This document shows positions 47,533 through 56,246 of a DNA stretch of 64,000 bases, piece after piece. The notes under the pieces were generated by a model. It worked only from the letters and a program-made list of their open reading frames with translations. It searched no databases and was not told the DNA's origin. The stretch is from contig CAXXJV010000001.1 of assembly GCA_963663475.2 (NCBI GenBank), positions 2,560,001 through 2,624,000 of the forward strand. Direction: 5' to 3'. Positions within the stretch are counted from its first letter, which is position 1, and the number at the start of each line of letters is the position of its first letter. This DNA is from Candidatus Cloacimonadales bacterium (GTDB taxonomy: Bacteria > Cloacimonadota > Cloacimonadia > Cloacimonadales > JAFGVF01). A program made the position numbers and the translations under genes.

Positions 47533-49983
47533 TTACTTCATCACACAACATTTAGTAATAACAGAATGCCCTTGTCTATCATCAGCTTTAATAAAATAAA
47601 TACCGCTAGAAACATTTTTCCCTCTATTATTCTTTAGGTCCCAGTGTAAACTATAGGTTGGATTATCAGCTTTTAAATTATTATAAAAACTCTGACCTAC
47701 TCTTAAATCTCTTACTTTCTGTCCTTTGAGATTATATACTCCCACTTTGATATCTTTTGCTTTAGCTCCCGGCAAAGTAAATTCTATAGTGGTTACTCCT
47801 TTTAAGCCACTATTCAGCTGTGCTGGATTAGGATAAATCATAATCTTATTTTGCACAGCTTCTATTTCATGATTATCACTATTTCCTACAGGTGCACCAT
47901 ATTCAAAACATCCTAAATCTACTGCTGAGCCATAGACACGCTCACAACCATTTAAGTCCATACTAGCCATATAAAAGCCTGTTGTATCAGGTATTCCTGC
48001 ATCAATACAAGGTGAGTCTTCAGCTAAGAAATAAGATGACCATAAGCTTTCATCACCTCCTACAAAACCAGGATCTTCATCAAGCATATTATCTCCCCAA
48101 TTAAGAATCCATTCCTCATCATAATCTGTTACTAAAGCATCTATCCCACCCCTAACTAAGCTGTAATCTATATCAAGGGCTGAGACACCAGGTGTTGGTA
48201 CTTCAGCTGGGTCCATCAGATAGATTTCATAAGAACTGTTAGGATTATCAAAAATTGAATTCCTTATTTTAACATCCCCTCGAACACCTAATATTGGCCA
48301 GTTATTGGTATTATTCACTAAGGTCATATTATTCACTTTCATTTGGGGTAAGTGTTCTCCTATAAAACCTACTGTTGTGAAATTCCAATCTAGAGGAGTA
48401 TAAGAACAATTTGCTACTAATAGATTATTAACTGTTACAAAGTCATCACTTTCACTTGCATCACTACCATACTGAAAAGCTCTTCCTCCCGGAATGATGG
48501 AGTTTGTTACGGCTATATTGGAGATTCTATAACTACCTTGGTCAATCATAAAAGGCATAGAGCCAGGCTGACCCTCTACTTCCATTGTAACATTAAGACT
48601 ATCTGCCCATATATTATGAACTATACCTTGAGATGCTGCGATTATAAAGCCATCATAATTATAATTTTTTAAATTGATATCTTCAAGCAATATATTACTT
48701 GAGTATAAGATCACAAAGACACCATCAGTATGGATATTCTCAACATTAAGATCTTTCATCTGTAAACTCTCAACATTGTTTGCCCTTACAATTCCTGCCC
48801 AGCCTGCTCTTGAATATAAGTTCTTACAGCTAAATCCAGAGACTGAAATATCTGTATTATCTTCAAGATAGAAAAAATTACAAATCCGATTTTCTCCATC
48901 TAAGATTGTATCAACCGAGCCAGCACCGACAAGTTTTGTCCCTCTATCCATACTTATAGGAAATATCTCACCTGTTGTATCTGGTGAATACAATCCAGGT
49001 GCAACATGGACAATATTATAATCTCCATTAGCTCGAGGTTTTAAGATTGAGCATGCTTTAGAAATAGTCTTCAGTGCTTGAGCTGGACTTAAGCCTGTGT
49101 TATTATCATTGCCAGATGGAGCAACATAAAGATCTGCTTCTATCCTCTCATAGACATATTCATTATAAATTAACTCTCCATCCCATTCTATTACATCTGA
49201 AACATAATAGTAGTGAGAAAAATCACCTTCAGGAGCTACTGAAATTTTATCAAAATAAAGTCCGTTTAAATAAGCAGGATTACTATTTATAGGTTCTATA
49301 TAAACATCTCTGCCCTTACCAGCACTGTTGTTATAAACAGAAGAAGGATATGCTTGAGATAATTCTAATTGGTAATCTATTCCCACACTGTAGATACCTC
49401 CACCAGTACGACCTCCGTTATTATTAAAGATTTCGCAAGCTTTAATACATATATTTGACTCAAAAATTGCAATTCCACCTCCTGTTGAAGATGTATTATT
49501 AAAAATCTTGCAATATTCGACTGATGAAAACTCAGAATCAAGGTAACTATACCCTAGAATATTAATTCCTCCTCCCTTATAATTTCTACCCTCATTTTCA
49601 TTAAAATGGTCAGTCAAGGTGTTACCACCAGTTATTGAAAGTCCATTTACTTTGATATATTTTAATTCAGGAACATATCTATTATGATAAATCTTAAGAA
49701 CAGTATCCTCATCATTCCCATCAATTATAGTTGAGTCTATATATGCTTCATCACCTGTTGTTAGAAATAGAGACCCTAGGGTAAGACTTTTCTCTAAAAC
49801 TTCAACATTTTCAATATATCTTCCGGGGTGAACTAAGACTGTATCATAATCTACCGCTGCATCTACGGCAGATTGGATGGTGTTGTAAGTAAAATCTTGC
49901 CCTAGCCCTACTTCTAATACTGTAGCTGTAATATTAATGCTGGCTATTAGCAATATTATAATTAATATATTAAGTTTATACAT
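47533..49983 (-). CDS. Secreted beta-helix/DUF1565 protein with FlgD-Ig CTD, paralog P4
   Basis: Same architecture as P1. Confidence 0.85.
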   Translation of the reverse strand: MYKLNILIIILLIASINITATVLEVGLGQDFTYNTIQSAVDAAVDYDTVLVHPGRYIENVEVLEKSLTLGSLFLTTGDEAYIDSTIIDGNDEDTVLKIYHNRYVPELKYIKVNGLSITGGNTLTDHFNENEGRNYKGGGINILGYSYLDSEFSSVEYCKIFNNTSSTGGGIAIFESNICIKACEIFNNNGGRTGGGIYSVGIDYQLELSQAYPSSVYNNSAGKGRDVYIEPINSNPAYLNGLYFDKISVAPEGDFSHYYYVSDVIEWDGELIYNEYVYERIEADLYVAPSGNDNNTGLSPAQALKTISKACSILKPRANGDYNIVHVAPGLYSPDTTGEIFPISMDRGTKLVGAGSVDTILDGENRICNFFYLEDNTDISVSGFSCKNLYSRAGWAGIVRANNVESLQMKDLNVENIHTDGVFVILYSSNILLEDINLKNYNYDGFIIAASQGIVHNIWADSLNVTMEVEGQPGSMPFMIDQGSYRISNIAVTNSIIPGGRAFQYGSDASESDDFVTVNNLLVANCSYTPLDWNFTTVGFIGEHLPQMKVNNMTLVNNTNNWPILGVRGDVKIRNSIFDNPNSSYEIYLMDPAEVPTPGVSALDIDYSLVRGGIDALVTDYDEEWILNWGDNMLDEDPGFVGGDESLWSSYFLAEDSPCIDAGIPDTTGFYMASMDLNGCERVYGSAVDLGCFEYGAPVGNSDNHEIEAVQNKIMIYPNPAQLNSGLKGVTTIEFTLPGAKAKDIKVGVYNLKGQKVRDLRVGQSFYNNLKADNPTYSLHWDLKNNRGKNVSSGIYFIKADDRQGHSVITKCCVMK

Positions 49984-50092
49984 TAAGTCTCCTAGTTCAG
50001 AATCATTTTTAATTTTTATCTTTTCATTTTCCTGCGAGGGCTAATATTGATTAGCCCCTACATTAGTGTAATTCGTGAAATTAGTGGATAGA

Positions 50093-52543
50093 TTACTTCA
50101 TCACACAACATTTAGTAATAACAGAATGCCCTTGTCTATCATCAGCTTTAATAAAATATATACCGCTCGAAACATTTTTCCCTCTATTATTCTTTAGGTC
50201 CCAGTGTAAACTATAGGTTGGATTATCAGCTTTTAAATTATTATAAAAACTCTGACCTACTCTTAAATCTCTTACTTTCTGTCCTTTGAGATTATATACT
50301 CCCACCTTGATATCTTTTGCTTTAGCTCCTGGAAAAGTAAATTCTATAGTGGTTACTCCTTTTAAGCCATTATTAAGCTGAGCTGGATTAGGATAGATCA
50401 TGATATTATTATGTACCACTTCTATATCGTGATTATCACTATTAGGTACCGGAGAACCATATTCAAAACAACCTAAATCTACTGCTGAGCCATAGACTCT
50501 TTCACAACTATTTAAATCCATAGCAGTCATATAAAAACCTGTTGTATCAGGTATTCCTGCATCTATACAAGGGGAGTCTTCAGCTAAGAAATAAGATGAC
50601 CATAAGCTTTCATCACCTCCTACAAAACCAGGATCTTCATCAAGCATATTATCTCCCCAATTTAGAATCCATTCCTCATCATAATCTGTTACTAATGCAT
50701 CTATACCACCTCTTACTAAAGAGTAATCTATATCAAGGGATGAGACACCAGGTGTAGGTACTTCAGCTGGGTCCATCAGATAGATTTCATAAGAGCTATT
50801 TGGATTATCAAAAATTGAATTCCTTATTTTAACATCCCCTCTAATACCCAATATTGGCCAGTTGTTGGTGTTATTTACTAGGGTCATATTATTAACTTTT
50901 ATTTGAGATATGTGCTCTCCAGCAAATGCTACAGTTGTGTAATTCCAATCCAAAGGAGTATAAGAACAGTTTGTAACTAACAGGTTGTTTACCGTTACAA
51001 AGTCATCAGTATCATTGTTTGCATTACCATATTGAAAAGCTCTCCCACCTGGAATAACAGAATTAGTTATGGCAACATTAGATATTCGGTAACTCCCTAT
51101 ATCAATTAATACTGGCATAGAGCTTGGCTGGCCCTCTACCTCCATTGTAACATTAAGACTATCGGCCCAAACATTATGAATAATCCCTTGAGATGCCGCA
51201 ATCACAAATCCATTATAATTGTAATTCTTCAAGAAAATATCTTCAAGCAATATGTTACTTGAGTAAAATATAACTAAAACACCATCAGTATGGATATTCT
51301 CAACATTAAGATCTTTCATTTCTAAACTCTCAACATTGTTTGCCCTTACAATCCCAGCCCAGCCTGCTCTTGAATATAAGTTCTTACAGCTAAAACCTGA
51401 TACTGAAATATCACTGTTATCTTCAAGATAGAAAAAATTACAAATCTGATTTTCTCCGTCTAAGATTGTATCAGCTGAGCCAGCACCGACAAGTTTGGTC
51501 CCTCTATCCATACTGATTGGAAATATCTCTCCAGTGGTATCAGGAGAGTATAATCCTGGAGCTACATGAACAATATTATAATCTCCATTTCCACGAGCTT
51601 TTAAGATTGAACATGCCTTAGAAATAGTCTTTAGTGCTTGAGCTGGACTCAAGCCTGTGTTATTATCATTGCCAGTAGGAGAAACATATAAATCAGCTTC
51701 GATGCGTTCATAAGCTGTTTCATTGTAAGTAATCTCTCCATCCCATTCTATTACATCTGAAACATAATAGTAGTGAGAGAAATCATCTTCAGGAGCTACT
51801 GATATTTTATCAAAATAGAGTCCGTTTAGATAAGCAGGATTACTATTTACAGGTTCAATATAAACATCTCTGCCCTTACCTGCACTGTTATTATAAACAG
51901 AATTAGGATATGCTTGAGATAATTCTAATTGGTAATCTATTCCCACACTGTAGATACCACCACCAAATTGTCCTCCATTGTTATCAAAAATTTCACATCC
52001 TGCAATATCAACATTGGCTTCAGAGATTGCTATTCCACCACCTTGGCTTGAAGTATTATCATATATTTTGCAATATTCGATAATTGAAGCTTGCTGATTT
52101 AGATAGCTGTAACCATTAATTGCAATACCCCCTCCATGTATACTTACCCCCTCTGGCAAGCTATTATGGTTAGTCAAAGTATTACCATTTACTATTGATA
52201 AACCACTTATTCTAAACAACTTAACTGAAGGTAAATACCTATTGTGCTTAAAAAATATAACTCTCCAATGATTATTCCCATCAATTATAGTTGAGTCTAT
52301 ATAAGCTTGAATGCCTGTTATTAGAAATAGAGACCCAAGAGTAAGACTTTTCTCTAAAACTTCTACATTTTCAATATACCTTCCTGGGTGAACTAAAACT
52401 GTATCATAATCTACCGCTGCATCTACGGCAGATTGAATAGTGTTGTAAGTAAAATCTTGCCCTAGTCCTACTTCTAATACTGTAGCTGTAATATTAATGC
52501 TGGCTATTAGCAATATTAGCATTAATATGTTTATTTTATACAT
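50093..52543 (-). CDS. Secreted beta-helix/DUF1565 protein with FlgD-Ig CTD, paralog P5
   Basis: Same architecture as P1; N-terminal half nearly identical to P2. Confidence 0.85.
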   Translation of the reverse strand: MYKINILMLILLIASINITATVLEVGLGQDFTYNTIQSAVDAAVDYDTVLVHPGRYIENVEVLEKSLTLGSLFLITGIQAYIDSTIIDGNNHWRVIFFKHNRYLPSVKLFRISGLSIVNGNTLTNHNSLPEGVSIHGGGIAINGYSYLNQQASIIEYCKIYDNTSSQGGGIAISEANVDIAGCEIFDNNGGQFGGGIYSVGIDYQLELSQAYPNSVYNNSAGKGRDVYIEPVNSNPAYLNGLYFDKISVAPEDDFSHYYYVSDVIEWDGEITYNETAYERIEADLYVSPTGNDNNTGLSPAQALKTISKACSILKARGNGDYNIVHVAPGLYSPDTTGEIFPISMDRGTKLVGAGSADTILDGENQICNFFYLEDNSDISVSGFSCKNLYSRAGWAGIVRANNVESLEMKDLNVENIHTDGVLVIFYSSNILLEDIFLKNYNYNGFVIAASQGIIHNVWADSLNVTMEVEGQPSSMPVLIDIGSYRISNVAITNSVIPGGRAFQYGNANNDTDDFVTVNNLLVTNCSYTPLDWNYTTVAFAGEHISQIKVNNMTLVNNTNNWPILGIRGDVKIRNSIFDNPNSSYEIYLMDPAEVPTPGVSSLDIDYSLVRGGIDALVTDYDEEWILNWGDNMLDEDPGFVGGDESLWSSYFLAEDSPCIDAGIPDTTGFYMTAMDLNSCERVYGSAVDLGCFEYGSPVPNSDNHDIEVVHNNIMIYPNPAQLNNGLKGVTTIEFTFPGAKAKDIKVGVYNLKGQKVRDLRVGQSFYNNLKADNPTYSLHWDLKNNRGKNVSSGIYFIKADDRQGHSVITKCCVMK

Positions 52544-52628
52544 GAGGTCTCCTATTTATTAAAATGAATACAGAGAGAGGACATCCTCCCTCTGTATTAT
52601 ACTATTGATTAATTACTTTTTCTGTCAA

Positions 52629-52833
52629 CTATTTCATGAGAATCATTTTCTCTCAGTCTCAAGTCCCTTACCCGCGGTTGAGGAACCCCAGTCTGCTTGA
52701 GAGGGGGATTGTTCTCAGTCCAAAGTCCCTTACCTGCGGTTGAGGAACTCCGGTCTGTTTGATAAAACTCTTGACTAAATACTTTGATCTTACATATTAA
52801 TATCAGTAGTAAGATAATAATTTTCCATTTCAT
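52629..52833 (-). pseudogene. Deletion scar: signal-peptide start + two family B units + last 24 nt of a giant-gene copy
   Basis: 52544-52652 is identical to 38447-38555, including EKMILMK*; ATG 52833 encodes MKWKIIILLLILICKIKVFSQEFY, out of frame with that tail. Confidence 0.8.
52653..52761. repeat. Two tandem family B units
   Basis: TCAGTC..AAGTCCCTTACC(C/T)GCGGTTGAGGAAC(C/T)CC(A/G)GTCTG twice. Confidence 0.85.
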
Positions 52834-52869
52834 AATTTGCTCCTAAAAACTAACTTCTCTACTAATATG

Positions 52870-52907
52870 GAGTCAGAAATGGAATTATCTCATTGAAAAT
52901 CTCATAA
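52870..52907 (-). promoter_or_regulatory. Conserved motif in the divergent spacer, copy 2
   Basis: See 43636-43676. Confidence 0.5.
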
Positions 52908-52944
52908 TTGCTTATACTTAAATGCTTTACAGAGGTGTAGTCTA

Positions 52945-53886
52945 ATGGAAATAAGTTATGATAATGTTTTAAGGTATTCAAATCAAATTGCTAGTCGCTT
53001 TATAAAAGACAGAAATGTTACCGAGGAAATAGCTCAATTAGCAGCAATTCAGTATTTTCTGAACAAGGAAAAAATTAATAAAGAGAAAACAGATAACTGG
53101 CTCTTCACTGTTACTAAGAATTTTTGTTTAAAAAGAATTAAGCAAGCAAAAGAAAATCATGAAATTTTATTAGAATCAAAAATATTAGATAATATTGCAG
53201 ATAATAGTCCTCAGTATTATGAAGAAGAAGAAATAGATATCTCAGTTTACGATTTTCTTTCTTATAAAGAGAAATTAATTCTCCAAAGTTATCTTTTGGA
53301 TCATGTATCTTTATCGAATATTGCCAGGAATCATAAGATTGAACTAAAGAAATTAAAAAATCTCATATATCGCTTAACTCAAGAAATTTTACTTTATCAT
53401 AGGATGAAAGAGAAATTTTTTACACCTTCAATTACTGGAACCAAGATGAATCATGCTATCTATTATTCAGTCCAAAAACTTAAAAAGTCATTAGAGAACA
53501 ATGAATTAGATAAATATATCAAGTCCTTACATGATTGTAAGATTAACCCCAATTTTGATAAGATAAAAATTAAATGTCTTTTAAAAATCAGTATTGATTT
53601 TGGAGGGAAAGAATACAATCAGGCAATAATATTCTATCAAAATTTTGACAATCTAACCCAAGCCTTTCTTTTTAAATTTGTTTTCACCAAGCAGAATAAG
53701 CTAAAAATTATTGAAATTCCAATCATGCCAACACTGCTAGCAACCTGTAAAAAGGAAGATGCGCCACCTGAACTAAAACGAGAAATCAAAAGCCCAATAA
53801 AAAAAGGAAAAAGTAAAATATCCTGGGCATTAATAGATCAATTAATTGAAAAGAAAACCTTGAATGTAGTTCAAAAAGGAGATTAA
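52945..53886 (+). CDS. ECF-type sigma-70 factor with long C-terminal extension, copy 2
   Basis: EEIAQLAAIQY...DNWLFTVTKNFC, LSYKEKLIL..VSLSNIARNHKI, SITGTKMNHAIYY; paralog of 43714-44664. Confidence 0.7.
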   Translation: MEISYDNVLRYSNQIASRFIKDRNVTEEIAQLAAIQYFLNKEKINKEKTDNWLFTVTKNFCLKRIKQAKENHEILLESKILDNIADNSPQYYEEEEIDISVYDFLSYKEKLILQSYLLDHVSLSNIARNHKIELKKLKNLIYRLTQEILLYHRMKEKFFTPSITGTKMNHAIYYSVQKLKKSLENNELDKYIKSLHDCKINPNFDKIKIKCLLKISIDFGGKEYNQAIIFYQNFDNLTQAFLFKFVFTKQNKLKIIEIPIMPTLLATCKKEDAPPELKREIKSPIKKGKSKISWALIDQLIEKKTLNVVQKGD

Positions 53887-54543
53887 TTATGGTTCCAAAC
53901 CTGGAATAGTAATTTGGCTACAAGGTCCATATGACAACCTGTGATGTTTACATACACCATGCAAATTTATTGCTTGAACATGTTCCTTAGTAGGATAACC
54001 TTTATTTCTTAACCAATTATAGTGAGGGAAATCATTATGTAGTTTTTGCATAATCCTGTCTCTAGTAACCTTGGCTAAAACAGAAGCACCGGCAATAGAA
54101 AAGTAGTTAGAATCGCCCTTTATAACAAACCTAGCTTTCTCCTGATTACGAGGTGGAAGTTTATTTCCATCAATGAGAGCAATCTCCCACTTCTTAGCGA
54201 GTGATTCAAGAGCTCTGTCCATTCCTTCCAGAGTAGCATTGAGTATATTGAGTTTATCTATCTCCCCAGGCTCAATTTGGACTATTGAATAAGCTTTTGC
54301 ATATTTTATGATATACGGGTAAAGTTTGTCTCTTTTCTTCTCAGAAATAGCTTTTGAGTCATTCAAACTTGATAGGAGGTAATCAACTTCTGGATTTGCT
54401 ATCTTGGTAAGCTCTTCAAGGTCGAAGATTACTGCAGAGCAGACTACTGGACCAGCCAATGGGCCACGTCCAGCTTCATCTACTCCACAAATACTTTTAT
54501 ATTCTTGATACAGTTCAAGTTCATTGCTTATCAGTTTATTCAT
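53887..54543 (-). CDS. rnhB: Ribonuclease HII
   Basis: GVDEAGRGPLAGPVV, LNDSK, IDGN, KGDS...ASVLAKVTRD, NKGYPT. Confidence 0.96.
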   Translation of the reverse strand: MNKLISNELELYQEYKSICGVDEAGRGPLAGPVVCSAVIFDLEELTKIANPEVDYLLSSLNDSKAISEKKRDKLYPYIIKYAKAYSIVQIEPGEIDKLNILNATLEGMDRALESLAKKWEIALIDGNKLPPRNQEKARFVIKGDSNYFSIAGASVLAKVTRDRIMQKLHNDFPHYNWLRNKGYPTKEHVQAINLHGVCKHHRLSYGPCSQITIPGLEP

Positions 54544-56246
54544 TTTTGCACTATAAAATAGATACGAGCAAATCTCTCATCTAAGTCTTCTGGATAGTAA
54601 TTTAGTAAGTTTAAGTTATCTGTTCCATTATAGATAGCCAATATTTCTAAACCAGATTCTTCAATTAGTGCTCTTATCTTCCTAACAGGATATATTTTCT
54701 GATAATGTGTCTCTGAGAAATTTTGATAAAAACTCTTATTCTTCTTAAAAATATCTAAGTAAGATTTCTGAGTTTCATTATCTGGATCCCAGTCACTTGT
54801 ATGTAAGACTTTATACTTATCATACTCTTCATAATTAATAAAACCATCAAGATTTTCTTCACTATTGAAGATTGTAGAAATATCAAAGATGAAGAGTCCT
54901 TTAGGATTTAAAGCAGAATAGACATTTTGCAAGAGATTTAGAAGAAATTTATCTTCTAAAAGATAGTTGATACTATCAAACACACAGACAGCTAAATCCA
55001 GCTTATCAACAGGAAGAGGGTCTAGCATATTATGTCTAAAGAGCTTAATATCTCGAGATTTCTTTTCAGCTATATGCAGCATTATCTCAGAGATATCTCC
55101 CCCCATTACTTGTCTTTGGTCACGAACTAATCTTCGACATATCTCTCCAGTTCCGCAAGCAATTTCAAAGATTCTGTTAGTTTTTATCTTAGCAAATTGA
55201 TCTATCCAGACATTTATCTTAGCAGCCCATTGATCATAATTAACATGTGCCATATAATGGTCATAAAAATTACTAAACTCACCATATTCTTTGCTTAATT
55301 TATGATGCTGTGATAGTTTCTCTTCCACCCAATAAAGAGCTGACTGCATAGAAGAGAAGTCAGCACAATCTTGGCCAGCAATATCAAAGGCAGTTCCATG
55401 TTCAGCAGAAGCCCTATAAACAGGTAAACCTAGTGTTACATTGACTCCTTTTCCCCCAGCCAACATCTTAAATGGAATCAAACCTTGATCATGGTAAGCT
55501 GATATTATGAAATCATAATCCTCCCGATTATAAGAGAAGAAGGTATCAGCTGGGAAGGGACCATCTATTTTAATATCCTCTTGACCAAGCTCATCTAGAA
55601 TTTCTTTAAACATAAGATCAGTATTACCAAAAGCTCCATTCTCACCCGCATGTGGATTTTTAGCCAACAAGGCTATCTTAGGTCTATCCATCAATTTATG
55701 AACTTCTCGGTAAATAAGCTTGAGTTTAGCCAAGCAATATTCAGGGGTAAGCACTTTTTCCAGTTGATGAAGAGGTAAATGAGTTGTTAAAAGGCCTAGT
55801 TTAATATCATCAGACCAGAAGGTCATTGCCACATTTTCAACATCTAATTTACTCTGCAAAAACTCAGTATGCCCTATGAAATCATAACCTGCTTCTCTAA
55901 TATGTTTTTTGGAAACAGGGGCAGTTACAATGCCATGCAGACTCTTATTGTTAACATCTTCAGCAAGTCTTTCCAAAATTTCTATAGCCAGCCTACCACT
56001 TTCTGCACAAGGTTTTCCTAGATTTAGCTCAGGATTATCAATCTCAATATGATATATTCTCCCACCTTCTTTTACTTGTGAGACATGACTTATCTTGGTA
56101 ACTTGATGACCATTAGGACATGCTAAGACTTTGCCATAAACAAGCAAGGCTGTATCAGCAAGAAGATTATGATAACGCAGTGATTTGCTAGTAACTTCAG
56201 GTCCAATCCCTGTCGGATCACCTGTAGAGATACCAATAATTTTCAC
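54540..56246 (-). CDS. pdxA: PdxA-family dehydrogenase fused to a class I SAM methyltransferase
   Basis: GDPTGIGPEV, GHTEFL, NPHAGE, GPFPADT, YHDQGLIPFK, HGTAFDIAG; then YDHYMAHVNYDQW, EIACGTG, FDSINYL, GLFIFDI. Confidence 0.85.
   Translation of the reverse strand: MKIIGISTGDPTGIGPEVTSKSLRYHNLLADTALLVYGKVLACPNGHQVTKISHVSQVKEGGRIYHIEIDNPELNLGKPCAESGRLAIEILERLAEDVNNKSLHGIVTAPVSKKHIREAGYDFIGHTEFLQSKLDVENVAMTFWSDDIKLGLLTTHLPLHQLEKVLTPEYCLAKLKLIYREVHKLMDRPKIALLAKNPHAGENGAFGNTDLMFKEILDELGQEDIKIDGPFPADTFFSYNREDYDFIISAYHDQGLIPFKMLAGGKGVNVTLGLPVYRASAEHGTAFDIAGQDCADFSSMQSALYWVEEKLSQHHKLSKEYGEFSNFYDHYMAHVNYDQWAAKINVWIDQFAKIKTNRIFEIACGTGEICRRLVRDQRQVMGGDISEIMLHIAEKKSRDIKLFRHNMLDPLPVDKLDLAVCVFDSINYLLEDKFLLNLLQNVYSALNPKGLFIFDISTIFNSEENLDGFINYEEYDKYKVLHTSDWDPDNETQKSYLDIFKKNKSFYQNFSETHYQKIYPVRKIRALIEESGLEILAIYNGTDNLNLLNYYPEDLDERFARIYFIVQK

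Noticed and set aside
33887-50757. Recurrent antisense ORFs (MYQVFLHLYK..., ..LELD.SL.YYHC..) within the paralogs
   Set aside because: Shadow frames repeated only because the sense genes are near-identical
33438-52543. Diversity-generating retroelement or invertase shufflon behind the paralog variation
   Set aside because: No reverse transcriptase or recombinase in the window; differences are block-wise, include indels and are not adenine-restricted; all copies are co-oriented full genes
52609-52833. 74-aa ORF as a genuine protein
   Set aside because: Two thirds of it is repeat-derived or an out-of-frame read of the giant-gene tail; treated as a deletion scar
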